Origin: Burkholderiales bacterium
GTDB lineage: Bacteria; Pseudomonadota; Gammaproteobacteria; Burkholderiales; SG8-39
Assembly (NCBI GenBank): GCA_035632415.1
Contig: DASQGW010000203.1
Coordinates: 1,176 to 65,175, forward strand
DNA: 64,000 nucleotides
Direction of reading: 5' to 3'
Shown here: positions 36,227 to 45,310 of the stretch, piece after piece
How positions within the stretch are numbered: the stretch's first letter is position 1
How the letters are laid out: each line of letters opens with the position of its first letter
Notes under the pieces: model-generated
Databases searched by the model: none
Seen by the model: the letters and a program-made list of their open reading frames with translations, nothing else
What the model was told of the DNA's origin: nothing
Made by a program: the position numbers and the translations under genes

Positions 36227-36556
36227 GTGGCGTGGGCGCTGATCGCCACGCTCCTGAATCTCGTGCTGCGTCTCTCGTCACCCGCTTATGCCGCCGTGGA
36301 GAAACAGATGGATTTCACGCTCGGCATGCTCGCAGCGCGCCTCGCGATCGGCGCGCTCGCCTCCATCGGCGCGGGATTCGCCGCGGCATGGATCAGCCAC
36401 CGCAAGCCGATCGCGACATGGGTGCTGGTCATCGCGCTGCTCGCGATGTTCATCCCGATCCACTACTCGCTCTGGCTGCGCTTCCCCGCTTGGTACCATG
36501 CCGTGTTCATCCTCAGCCTGATGGTCCTGCCACCGCTCGGCGCGAGGCTGCGCTGA
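36227..36556 (+). CDS. Small membrane protein (3-4 TM); possible N-terminal extension from CTG 36173
   Basis: Hydrophobic 109-aa ORF. The same frame stays open upstream and reads L-SKFRTTSLIIGAALAGLV through repeat copy a. Confidence 0.5.
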   Translation: MAWALIATLLNLVLRLSSPAYAAVEKQMDFTLGMLAARLAIGALASIGAGFAAAWISHRKPIATWVLVIALLAMFIPIHYSLWLRFPAWYHAVFILSLMVLPPLGARLR

Positions 36557-36897
36557 AATTCAGAACAACGTCCGTAATTATTTCGACGGTGCTCGCCGGC
36601 TGCATCTACGTGCCGCGGACGACGACGGTCTACGACAAGGACTGCGACATCGAGGCAAGGCAGATGACGATGGACCTGCAGCAGGTCGGCCAGTTCGGCA
36701 GCTGCCAGGGAAACCAGTGCGCGCAGCTCCTCGTCACGGCGGGCGCCGTGGCCGCGGCGAGCGCTGTCATCGCCGGCAGCATCGTCGTCGCCGGCAACGT
36801 GGTCTACTGGTTCGAGAAACAGGGACAGTGCATCGCTTCCACGGTCGTCCCTCCTGCGCAAAAACCTACTTCGCCGCCGCGAGCTCCTTCAGGGTGA
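36553..36897 (+). CDS. Putative lipoprotein with a non-canonical (CTG) start
   Basis: The frame reads (L/M)KFRTTSVIISTVLAGC-IYVP, a textbook n-region, h-region and LAGC lipobox. The only canonical in-frame start nearby (GTG 36589) would delete the signal peptide. CTG 36553 overlaps the upstream TGA. Confidence 0.4.
   Translation: MKFRTTSVIISTVLAGCIYVPRTTTVYDKDCDIEARQMTMDLQQVGQFGSCQGNQCAQLLVTAGAVAAASAVIAGSIVVAGNVVYWFEKQGQCIASTVVPPAQKPTSPPRAPSG
36556..36582 (+). repeat. Copy b of the palindromic repeat family
   Basis: AAATTCAGAACAACGTCCGTAATTATT. Confidence 0.65.
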
Positions 36898-37654
36898 AGG
36901 CGTAGCTCGCCTTGTCGAGCGGCTTGTGGCAGGCAAGGCATTCCGCCTGGTTCACGGGGCGGTGCTGCTTTTCGGTCGAGAACACCGCGTAGTTCCAGTC
37001 GCCGTTCTTGAGCATCTCCGGGAATTCGCTGCCCCAGCCGGCGCCGCTCTGCATCGCCGTATAGGCCACCAGCTTTTCCGGCACGAAGAATCCGTCGGCC
37101 CCCTTCACGGGGTTCTTGTCCGCGTCGAGCTTCGCCGTGTAGACCTCGGCGAAGAGATAGGAGCCGCCGGGCAGCGATCTGCCGGCCTTCGCCGCCTGCG
37201 CGGCGGCCTTGTTCGCATAGTAGTAGCGCACCTGCTTCGTCGCCGGGAAGTTGATCGTGTCGTACTTGACGAAGCTCTCCTTGTATCCCTCCGGGAAAAC
37301 GACGCGGCTCTTCGCCAGGTTCGGCAGCAGCGCCGACTTGGACGCGTCGCGGGCGCCGGGCAAAGAGGAGAAGTACGCGGCGACGTTCGCCACATCGTCG
37401 GCGCCGAGCTGCGCGGCGATGGCGTTCATGATCGGGTTCTTGCGCGAGCCGTCCTTCAGCGCCTTCAATTGCGCCTCGATGTATCCGGCGCGCTGTGCGG
37501 CGAGGTTGGGAATCGTGTCGCTCACGCTCACGCCGTTCGCGCCGTGGCAGGCCGCGCACACCTGCGCTGCCCTGGCTTTCCCTGCCTCGATGTCCGCCGC
37601 ACCGCAGCCCAATGCGATGGTTGCGAGCGCCAGGAATGCAAGCGATCTATTCAT
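36866..37654 (-). CDS. Class I cytochrome c domain fused to a cytochrome P460-like domain
   Basis: Signal peptide, then CAACHG (N-terminal heme c). The C-terminal half has GAGWGSEF...NYAVF...CLACHKP, as in P460-family proteins. Confidence 0.7.
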   Translation of the reverse strand: MNRSLAFLALATIALGCGAADIEAGKARAAQVCAACHGANGVSVSDTIPNLAAQRAGYIEAQLKALKDGSRKNPIMNAIAAQLGADDVANVAAYFSSLPGARDASKSALLPNLAKSRVVFPEGYKESFVKYDTINFPATKQVRYYYANKAAAQAAKAGRSLPGGSYLFAEVYTAKLDADKNPVKGADGFFVPEKLVAYTAMQSGAGWGSEFPEMLKNGDWNYAVFSTEKQHRPVNQAECLACHKPLDKASYAFTLKELAAAK

Positions 37655-37707
37655 CGAACCTCCCTATGGCCGGCCGATGCTAACACCGGGCAAAATGGAT
37701 CATTGCG

Positions 37708-37734
37708 AATAATTAAGGACGTTGTCCGGAATTC
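37708..37734 (-). repeat. Copy c of the palindromic repeat family (reverse orientation)
   Basis: The plus strand reads AATAATTAAGGACGTTGTCCGGAATTC. It ends at ATG 37735. Confidence 0.7.
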
Positions 37735-38742
37735 ATGCTCCGCGCGGCGATCGTCGGCATCGGCACCTGGGGACGCAACCTCGTCGAGGCTGCGCAGGAC
37801 AGCGAGACAATCGAGTTCGTTGCCGGCGCGACGCGCACGCCGGCGAAGGCCGAGGCTTTTTGCAGGCAACATGGCATTCGCCTCCTGCCAGGCTATGCGG
37901 CAGTGCTCGCCGATCGCGGGATCGATGCCGTGGTGCTCGCGACGCCGCATTCGATGCATTGCGAGCAGATCGTCGCCGCGGCGAAGGCCGGCAAGCATGT
38001 CTTCGTCGAGAAGCCGCTCGGCGTCACGGCGAAGAGCGCCGAGCAGGCCGCCAAGGCATGCGCGCAGAGCCGCCTCACGCTCGCCGTCGGCTACAACTGG
38101 CGCTTCCAGCCGGCGCTGCAGGAAGCGAAGCGCATGCTCGACGTTGGCCGGCTCGGAAAGCTCTTGCACATCGAAGGCAATTTCTGCGGCCCAAGCGCTT
38201 ACCGCTTCGCGCGCGAGCACTGGCGGCAGGATCGCGACGAAGCGCCGGCCGGCGGCATGACCGGCCGCGGCGTGCACGTGGTGGACGCGATGCTCTACCT
38301 CGCAGGCAGCCCTATCTCCTCGGTGAGCGCCCAGAGCGATCGCCTGGTGCACGACTACGGCGCGGACGACACGACGTCCATGCTCTTTCGCTTCCAGTCG
38401 GGCGCGACCGGCTACCTCGGCACCGTGATCGCCACGGCGGAAACCTGGCGGCTCCAGGTCTTCGGCTCCAAGGGGTGGATCGAAGTCGGCGCCGTCGCGC
38501 ACCTGCACACCTGGGACATGAAGGTCGCGCTCCTCGACCCGCAGGACCTCTTCAAGAAGGACCCGCCGCAGGTGAAGAGCTTTCCGAAGACGAGCACCGA
38601 GCGTGCCGAGCTCGATCATTTCGCTGCGCGAGCCATGGCGCGCCGCCCGATCGCCCTCCCCGGCGGCGATGAAGTGCACAATGTCGCCGTGCTCGAGGCC
38701 ATCGTGCGCTCGGCGCGCAACGGGGAGAAAGTCCAGCTGTGA
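37735..38742 (+). CDS. Gfo/Idh/MocA-family oxidoreductase
   Basis: MLRAAIVGIGTWGRN Rossmann start and EKPLGVT motif. Confidence 0.85.
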   Translation: MLRAAIVGIGTWGRNLVEAAQDSETIEFVAGATRTPAKAEAFCRQHGIRLLPGYAAVLADRGIDAVVLATPHSMHCEQIVAAAKAGKHVFVEKPLGVTAKSAEQAAKACAQSRLTLAVGYNWRFQPALQEAKRMLDVGRLGKLLHIEGNFCGPSAYRFAREHWRQDRDEAPAGGMTGRGVHVVDAMLYLAGSPISSVSAQSDRLVHDYGADDTTSMLFRFQSGATGYLGTVIATAETWRLQVFGSKGWIEVGAVAHLHTWDMKVALLDPQDLFKKDPPQVKSFPKTSTERAELDHFAARAMARRPIALPGGDEVHNVAVLEAIVRSARNGEKVQL

Positions 38743-39119
38743 AGGCATTGCTGCTCATGCTCGCAATCTATGCGGTGCCGGCGGTGATCTTCTTCGGCAT
38801 GACGATCGGCGCGGTCCGGATCTCGAACAAGGACCTGCTGCTGCCGATCGAGCGCGGCGCCTGGATCCTGCCGGGGGTCGTCTATACGCTTGTGCCGGTG
38901 GTGATCTGGAAGCTCGAGATGACCGCGCCGCCGAAGGGCCTCCTGAACCTCGTCGATCCCGTGCTTGTCGCCCTGCTCTGCTGGTTCGTCTTCATCGGGC
39001 GCATCAGGGTCGGCATCAAGCGCCCGCACATCAACCGCCAGGCCGCCTACGCGGCGATCGCGCTCAACATGGCGATCGGCGCCGGCGCGCTCTTCTTCAT
39101 CCCGCCGCTCCCGCAATGA
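38739..39119 (+). CDS. Small integral membrane protein
   Basis: Four hydrophobic helices. GTGA overlap upstream and ATGA overlap downstream. Confidence 0.55.
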   Translation: MKALLLMLAIYAVPAVIFFGMTIGAVRISNKDLLLPIERGAWILPGVVYTLVPVVIWKLEMTAPPKGLLNLVDPVLVALLCWFVFIGRIRVGIKRPHINRQAAYAAIALNMAIGAGALFFIPPLPQ

Positions 39120-40000
39120 ACAGCCTCCAACCCTGGCAGTACCCCGAGGAGCGCTGGCGGCGGATCGTGAACCGCGTGCGCGCGGGAAGGCCGCTCAGGC
39201 CGAAGCGCTGGCAAGGCGGCGCGCGCTGCGCGGTGGCGCTTTCGTTCGATTCCGACCACGAGACGAACGAGCTGCGCGAAGGCGGCGAGTCGATCGGCCG
39301 CCTGTCGCAGGGCCAGTACGGCAACCGGCAAGGCGTGCCGCGCATTCTTTCGATCCTCGGCGACATCAAGGCCACTTTCTTCGTGCCCGCGGTCACGGCG
39401 CTCCTCTATCCGGACGAGCAGCGCCGCATCGCCGCCGACGGCCATGAGATCGGCATCCACGGCTGGATCCACGAGCGCAATTCCGAATTGCCGGAGAAAG
39501 CGGAGCGCGAGCTGCAAATGCGCTCCGCGGACACGCTGGAGAAGATCTGCGGGAAAAGGCCTCTTGGGATCCGCACGCCGTCATGGGACTTCAGCCCGCA
39601 CACGCTTGCCATCACCAGGAAAATGGGGCTGCTGTACGACTCGTCGCTGATGGCCGATGTCGACTGCTACGAGCTCGAGATGGACGGCAAAGCGACCGGC
39701 GTCGTCGAGCTGCCCGTGGAATGGATCCGCGACGACGCGGTGTACTTCAACATGAACCGCTTCATGGCGCTCAGGCCCTATACGCCGCCTGCTAGCGTGT
39801 TCGATATCTTCAAGCGCGAGTTCGATGCAGCGTATCGCGAGGGCGGCCTCTTCCAGCTCACCATGCATCCGCACGTGATCGGGTACCGGTCGCGCGCCTG
39901 GATATTGGAGGAGCTGATCCGCTATATCCGCGGGCACGAGAAGGTCTGGTTCGCCACCCACGCCGACATCGCGAGCTACGCGAAGGCCCACGCTATTTGA
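39116..40000 (+). CDS. Polysaccharide deacetylase (NodB-homology) family protein
   Basis: ALSFDSDHE, GHEIGIHGWIHE, RTPSWDFSP. Confidence 0.8.
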   Translation: MNSLQPWQYPEERWRRIVNRVRAGRPLRPKRWQGGARCAVALSFDSDHETNELREGGESIGRLSQGQYGNRQGVPRILSILGDIKATFFVPAVTALLYPDEQRRIAADGHEIGIHGWIHERNSELPEKAERELQMRSADTLEKICGKRPLGIRTPSWDFSPHTLAITRKMGLLYDSSLMADVDCYELEMDGKATGVVELPVEWIRDDAVYFNMNRFMALRPYTPPASVFDIFKREFDAAYREGGLFQLTMHPHVIGYRSRAWILEELIRYIRGHEKVWFATHADIASYAKAHAI

Positions 40001-40572
40001 GCCCGCTCTTCGCCGCGGGCGCGAGCACCGCGTTCGAGATCGACGCGAGCGAGCTGCCGGCGCTACAGGGGTTTTTTGAGCAGAACCCCGAATACCATCT
40101 CGCGATCGAAGGCGCGCCGCCCGGGCCGACAGCCGCGCAGGAAGCGTTCGACTCGCTGCCGCCCGAGGACTGGCTGTTCGATAGAAAGTGGGTGATCGGC
40201 GTGAACGATGCCGAGGGCCGCATGATCGGCATGGCGAGCCTGATCGAGAACCTTTTCGTCGAAGGCGTCTGGCATATCGGCCTCTTCATCGTCGCGACAC
40301 GGCTCCACGGCCTCGGCACCGCGCCGGGCCTCTACCGCGCGCTCGAAGCCTGGCTGCGCGAGCAAGGCTGCCGCTGGATCCGCCTCGGGGTCGTCGAAGG
40401 CAACGCGCGGGCGGAGCGCTTCTGGGAAAAGTGCGGCTATCGCGATGTGCGCAAGCGCCTCGCCGTGCCCATGGGCGCAAGAGTGAACGACGTGCGCGTC
40501 ATGGTGAAGCCGCTCGCTACCGCGAGCGTGCGTGAGTATCTTTCGGCGGTGGCGCGCGACCGGACCGAATGA
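39997..40572 (+). CDS. GNAT-family N-acetyltransferase
   Basis: RLHGLGTAPGLYRALEAWLREQGCRWIRLGVVEGNARAERFWEKCGY. Confidence 0.7.
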   Translation: MSPLFAAGASTAFEIDASELPALQGFFEQNPEYHLAIEGAPPGPTAAQEAFDSLPPEDWLFDRKWVIGVNDAEGRMIGMASLIENLFVEGVWHIGLFIVATRLHGLGTAPGLYRALEAWLREQGCRWIRLGVVEGNARAERFWEKCGYRDVRKRLAVPMGARVNDVRVMVKPLATASVREYLSAVARDRTE

Positions 40573-42089
40573 ACGACAACTTCTCGACTTCGCAGGTCGT
40601 CCGCAAGCGCGTCGTGCCGGCGCCAGGCGGCGTGGTCGCCGCGCAGCACAAGCGCGCCGCCGAGGTCGGCGCGCGCATCCTCGAAGCCGGCGGCGATGCG
40701 ATCGATGCGGCGGTAGCGACCTCGTTCGCGCTCGGCGTCGTCGAGCCCTGGATGAGCGGCATCACGGCCGGCGGCTGCATGGTGGCGTGGCGCGCCGCCG
40801 CGCAGAAAGCCACCGTCGTCGATTACGGCATGCGCTCGCCCGCGGCGCTGAAAGCCGCCGACTATCCGATCGTCGGCGGACGTGATCCGGAGCTCTTCGG
40901 CTGGCCGCGCGTGAAAGACGACCGCAACGTGCAAGGCGCGAGCGCCGTCGCCGTGCCCGGCGTGGTCGCCGGCATGGCGCTCGCGCACGAGCGCTTTGGC
41001 AAGCTCCCCTGGCGTGAGCTCGTCGCGCCCGCCGCCCGGCTCGCCGAGGAAGGAATGCTCCTCGACTGGTTTGCCGGCCTGCAGATCGCCTCGACCGCCC
41101 GCGCGCTTTCGCTCGACCCGCACGCGGCGGCGATGTTCCTCGAGGACGGCAAATGGCCGCCGCTTGCCGGATGGACCGCGCTCAGCGAGAAACGCCTGGA
41201 CCAACGCCGCCTCGCTTTGACGCTCGAACAGATTTCCCGCGAAGGAGCCCCAGCGCTCTACGGCGGCGACGTCGGCGCAACCCTCGCGAAAGATGTGCGC
41301 GACAAGGGCGGCTCGCTCGCCCTCTCCGATCTCTCGGCGTACCGCGCCGAGATGGTCGAGCCGCTCGAGACGCGCTACCACGGCGGGCGCGTCTTCGCCG
41401 CGCCGGGCTTCACCGGCGGCCCGGTCATCACGGCCTGCCTGAAGACGCTGCCGGAGAAGCCGCGGTACGTCGACTATGCGCGTACGCTCGACCGGGCGTG
41501 GCGGGCACGGCTCGATCAAACCGACGGCTGCACGACGCACTTCAGCGTCGTCGACCGCGCGGGCAACCTGTGCGCAGTGACGCAGACGAACCTTTCCATC
41601 TTCGGCTCGCGCGTCGTGTCGCCGTCGACCGGGGTGCTCCTCAACAACGGCATCATGTGGTTCGACCCCGAGCAGGGCAAGCCCAATTCGCTCGGGCCCG
41701 GCAAGCGCTGCCTCGGCAACTACTGCCCGGTGGTCGGAGAAACGCCGAAGGGCGAGCGCTTCGCCCTCGGCGCCTCCGGCGGACGCAAGATCGTCGGCAC
41801 GGTGCTGCAGCTCGCCTCCTTCATCATCGATCACGGTGCCACGCTCGAGGAGGCCTTCCACCGCCCGCGCATCGACATGAGCGGCGGCGAGCGCGCGATC
41901 GCCGATGCCACGCTTCCCGCGGAAGAGCTGCGCGCGCTGGAAGCCGCGTTCCCGACCGTCCTCGCGCGCCGCCTGCCTTTTCCTTATCACTTCGCGGTGC
42001 CTGCCGGCGTGATGCGTTCGGGCGAAGCGAACCTGGGGTGCACCGAGATCATGTCGCCCTGGGGCGATGCGATCGCCGCAGCTCGCTGA
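40569..42089 (+). CDS. ggt: Gamma-glutamyltranspeptidase family protein
   Basis: GGDAIDAAVA near the N-terminus. Autoprocessing/nucleophile region GCTTHFSVVDRAGN. Also GGRKI. Confidence 0.85.
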   Translation: MNDNFSTSQVVRKRVVPAPGGVVAAQHKRAAEVGARILEAGGDAIDAAVATSFALGVVEPWMSGITAGGCMVAWRAAAQKATVVDYGMRSPAALKAADYPIVGGRDPELFGWPRVKDDRNVQGASAVAVPGVVAGMALAHERFGKLPWRELVAPAARLAEEGMLLDWFAGLQIASTARALSLDPHAAAMFLEDGKWPPLAGWTALSEKRLDQRRLALTLEQISREGAPALYGGDVGATLAKDVRDKGGSLALSDLSAYRAEMVEPLETRYHGGRVFAAPGFTGGPVITACLKTLPEKPRYVDYARTLDRAWRARLDQTDGCTTHFSVVDRAGNLCAVTQTNLSIFGSRVVSPSTGVLLNNGIMWFDPEQGKPNSLGPGKRCLGNYCPVVGETPKGERFALGASGGRKIVGTVLQLASFIIDHGATLEEAFHRPRIDMSGGERAIADATLPAEELRALEAAFPTVLARRLPFPYHFAVPAGVMRSGEANLGCTEIMSPWGDAIAAAR

Positions 42090-42189
42090 CTGTCGTTGAA
42101 TCCGCTACGGCGGCAAAATATCTGGCGGGCTGGTAGATTTCCCCCGCGCGCAGTCATCAATAAGGGCTCCAAGCGCGGGGGGAAGAACA

Positions 42190-42498
42190 GTGGCGATCGA
42201 AATGAAGCGCTATCGGTTCACGCGGCCGATCATCGAGTACGCGCCTAATGACGTAGGCGGCGTGTACGTACTGTGGGATGGCGACGAGGTGATCTATATC
42301 GGGCGCACCGGCGGCGCGAGCAGCATTTGCGCGTGCCTGCTCGAGCACCTCGAGGGCAGGCGCGGCAAGTGCACCAGCGGCGCGACTCACTACTCATGGG
42401 AGATCACCCTCTGGGATTCGGCGCGCGAGACGGAGCTGCTCTCGCTCTTCGCTCGCGAGCATCGCCGCGATCCGCGCTGCCAGCAGAAGCCGGCTTAA
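42190..42498 (+). CDS. Small GIY-YIG-like protein (degenerate)
   Basis: GVYVLWDGDEVIYIGRT matches the GIY...YIG spacing. Later elements (ETELLSLF) are only partly conserved. GTG start. Confidence 0.4.
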   Translation: MAIEMKRYRFTRPIIEYAPNDVGGVYVLWDGDEVIYIGRTGGASSICACLLEHLEGRRGKCTSGATHYSWEITLWDSARETELLSLFAREHRRDPRCQQKPA

Positions 42499-42569
42499 GC
42501 GAGGCTTAAGGGCGCTGTCGCGCCGCGCACTACAAGCTTCAGCATCGCGTCAGGTTATAGAATTTTCGG

Positions 42570-43007
42570 GTGGCAGCCGCAGAACGAAACATCAACGCGG
42601 CGCAATCGTCGAGTGATCCGTCCGCTTCACCCAATGGCTTGCGCGTGCTTATCGTCGATGACGAGCGCGATACCGTCACGACGCTGATGGAGCTCCTCGC
42701 CGACGAGGGGTACCAGGTGCGCGGCGTCTACAAGGGACGCGACGCGCTCGACGCGATGCGGGAGTTCGCTCCCGACGCCGTGGTAATGGACCTCGCGCTG
42801 CCCGACATCAGCGGCTGGGAGGTGGCGCGCCGGATCCGCGCAAGCTTCGGCGACGAACGCCCGACGCTGATCGCCATCAGCGGCCGCTACAAGCAGTCCT
42901 CGGACAAGGTGCTCGGCCGCATCTCCGGCTTCAATCACCAGCTCGACAAGCCCTGCGAGCCCCGGGCGCTGATCGCGCTCCTCGCAAAAAGCGGCGGCAC
43001 AGCGTGA
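42570..43007 (+). CDS. Stand-alone response-regulator receiver domain protein
   Basis: VLIVDDE ... VVMDLALPDISG ... LIAISG ... LDKP. Confidence 0.75.
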   Translation: MAAAERNINAAQSSSDPSASPNGLRVLIVDDERDTVTTLMELLADEGYQVRGVYKGRDALDAMREFAPDAVVMDLALPDISGWEVARRIRASFGDERPTLIAISGRYKQSSDKVLGRISGFNHQLDKPCEPRALIALLAKSGGTA

Positions 43008-43053
43008 ACTACGCCGCATCCAGAATGACATTTTGCGCGCAACGTAGCGCCCC

Positions 43054-43242
43054 ATGGCCGACCGGGACGTCATGGCAAAGGCGCTCGAGCGAGCGCTGAA
43101 GTCGCTCGGGCCGGACGAGCTCTCAGCGCGCCTGAAGTCGCCGCCGGAGCTGATCCAGACCTGGATCGACGGCCACGCCACGATGCCGCAGCGCAAGTTC
43201 CTCGTGCTCGTCGACCTGCTGGACGAGATCGATCACCTGTAA
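43054..43242 (+). CDS. Small hypothetical protein (62 aa)
   Basis: ORF only. It lies downstream of the receiver gene. Confidence 0.3.
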   Translation: MADRDVMAKALERALKSLGPDELSARLKSPPELIQTWIDGHATMPQRKFLVLVDLLDEIDHL

Positions 43243-43501
43243 ATAATTCGACGCGCCACGCCTCAATTGCGAGTCAGGCCGAAATACAGCCCGACGAGCA
43301 TGTAGGCGACGATTACCAGAACACCGATGACGACTGGCCAGTTCATAGGGCATGCCCTTTTCGGCGGCCATGGGGACGCCGCCAGCCTGAATTCTGGACC
43401 GACGCGTTGAAAGTCGCTATTTCCTGGACCTCGTTTCCTGCGCGCTGGGCACACTGATTGCTCGGCTCCTGCGTTACCCATTCCTTCGCAGGAGTTCCGT
43501 C

Positions 43502-44056
43502 ATGCGTTCCCTTCTCTCCGTTTTCGCCATAGCCGCGCTGGTCACCACACCGGCGTTTGCGCAGATCATGAAGTCCGACCAGAAGATCGACAACGCCGAT
43601 GCCGCGGCGATGAAGCAGCTCGCTCAGGCAAACTTGAACGAGATCGACGCCGGCAAGACCGCCGCCTCGAAGGCGCAGAGCCCGCAGGTGAAGCAGTTCG
43701 CGCAGAAGTTGGTCGGCGATCACACGCAGATGCTGAACGACCTGAAGACGCTCGCGCAGAAAAAGAGCGTGGCGCTGCCCGAGTCCGTGAGCCTCAAGGA
43801 CAAGGCGCAGATGGAGATGATGAAGCGCGCCTCGGGTGCCGACTTCGACAAGAAGTACATGGACGAGATGGTCAAGGACCACCAGAAGGACCTGCAGGAC
43901 ACCCAGGACCTGATCGGCAAAGCCAAGGATCCCGACTTCAAGGCCGCGGTCGAGAAGGCGCATGCCCGGATCAGCGAGCACCTGCAAATGGCGCAGCGCA
44001 TCGCCAGCGCCTCGGCTGCCGGATCGACCGCACCGGGCATCCATTACTCCAAGTAG
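43502..44056 (+). CDS. DUF4142-family periplasmic protein
   Basis: Signal peptide, then repeated ...NEIDAGKTAASKAQSPQVKQFAQKLVGDHT... and ...FDKKYMDEMVKDHQKDL... helices. Confidence 0.7.
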   Translation: MRSLLSVFAIAALVTTPAFAQIMKSDQKIDNADAAAMKQLAQANLNEIDAGKTAASKAQSPQVKQFAQKLVGDHTQMLNDLKTLAQKKSVALPESVSLKDKAQMEMMKRASGADFDKKYMDEMVKDHQKDLQDTQDLIGKAKDPDFKAAVEKAHARISEHLQMAQRIASASAAGSTAPGIHYSK

Positions 44057-44083
44057 CCGCAGTTCTCGTTTAAGCTCGCGGCC

Positions 44084-44305
44084 ATGAAAGCCCGCGGGCT
44101 CGTCCTTCTCGGCCTGGGGGCGCTCCTCATCCTGGGGGCGCTCGCCTGGGTCGCCATCGCGGTGTTCCATTTCTGGATGTCTTCCGGCCCCCCGGTGCCG
44201 CAGCCGCGCGAGGCCTTCTTCACGCGCGCCTGGATCGATCTCGGCGTCGCGCTCGTCCTCGGCATCGCCGCCGCGTTCGCACTGCGATATCGCCGCCCGC
44301 GCTAG
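44084..44305 (+). CDS. Small membrane protein (2 TM)
   Basis: Hydrophobic ORF only. Confidence 0.4.
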   Translation: MKARGLVLLGLGALLILGALAWVAIAVFHFWMSSGPPVPQPREAFFTRAWIDLGVALVLGIAAAFALRYRRPR

Positions 44306-44339
44306 CGTCGTTTATGCTTCTCCCGGGAGGAGGAGACCG

Positions 44340-45302
44340 ATGCTTCGAAATGCCGTAGCCCTGCTGCTCACGCTCGCCACGGGTGCTATCGCGAGCGCCG
44401 CATTTGCCCAGTATCCGAACAAACCGGTCCGCGTCCTGCTGCATTTCCCGGCGGGCGGCTCGACCGACGTCGTGACGCGCATCCTCGCCAATGCGCTCTC
44501 CGAATCGATGGGCCAGCCCTTCGTGGTCGAGAACAAGCTCGGCGCCGACGGCGCGATCGCGGCCGACACCGTGATCAAGTCGCCGGCCGACGGCTACACG
44601 CTCTTCGTCGCCACCAATACGGCGATGATGCAGGTGCCGCTCATGAAGAAGGAGCCGCCCTACGACCCGGTCACGGCGTTCACGCCGATCTCGCTCGTCG
44701 GGCGCTATACCTTCGTGCTCGTCGTCACGCCGAGGATCGGCGCAAGAACGATGCAGGAGCTCATCGCCTATGCGCGCGCCAACCCGGGCAAGATCAATTT
44801 CGCGAGCTATTCGAGCGCGAGCCAGCTCGCCTACGCCCAGATCGTGAAGACGGCGAACGTCGACATGGTGAGGATTCCCTACAAGGGCGAGGCGCCTTCG
44901 GTCACCGACCTCCTCGGCGGCACGATCCACGCCGTCTTCGCGACGCCGACGGTCACGCTCTCGCACATCAGGGAAGGCCGGCTCAACGCGCTCGCGGTGA
45001 CGACGCCCGTGCGCTCGCCGCTGCTGCCGGAGGTCCCGACCACGGTCGAGGCTGGCATGCCGCCGATCAACGTCGAGTTCTTCGCCGCGCTCTTCGGCCC
45101 GGCGAACATGCCCTCCGACATCACCCACAGGATCAGCAGGGAAGTGAACGCCATCCTCGCTCGCCCGCAGATCCGCGAGCAGGTCGACAAGCAGGGATTT
45201 GCGCTCGCCGGATCGACGCCGGAAGAGCTCGGCAAGTTCGTGAAAGATCAGCTCGCCGCCTGGAAGCGCGGCTTCGAGGACGCCGGCATCCAGCCGGAGT
45301 AG
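44340..45302 (+). CDS. Bug-family (TctC-like) substrate-binding protein
   Basis: Signal peptide, then YPNKPVRVLLHFPAGGSTDVVTRIL. Confidence 0.85.
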   Translation: MLRNAVALLLTLATGAIASAAFAQYPNKPVRVLLHFPAGGSTDVVTRILANALSESMGQPFVVENKLGADGAIAADTVIKSPADGYTLFVATNTAMMQVPLMKKEPPYDPVTAFTPISLVGRYTFVLVVTPRIGARTMQELIAYARANPGKINFASYSSASQLAYAQIVKTANVDMVRIPYKGEAPSVTDLLGGTIHAVFATPTVTLSHIREGRLNALAVTTPVRSPLLPEVPTTVEAGMPPINVEFFAALFGPANMPSDITHRISREVNAILARPQIREQVDKQGFALAGSTPEELGKFVKDQLAAWKRGFEDAGIQPE

Positions 45303-45310
45303 CCGCCCGC

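Noticed and set aside
36232-36552. Upstream part of the 221-aa ORF 36232-36897
   Set aside because: It overlaps the membrane-protein frame 36227-36556 almost completely and is Arg/Pro-rich. Only the part from the KFRTTS signal peptide onward looks like a real protein.
40437-41990. 517-aa minus-strand ORF
   Set aside because: Antisense to the gamma-glutamyltranspeptidase gene. It is Arg/Ala/Gly-rich with no recognisable domain.
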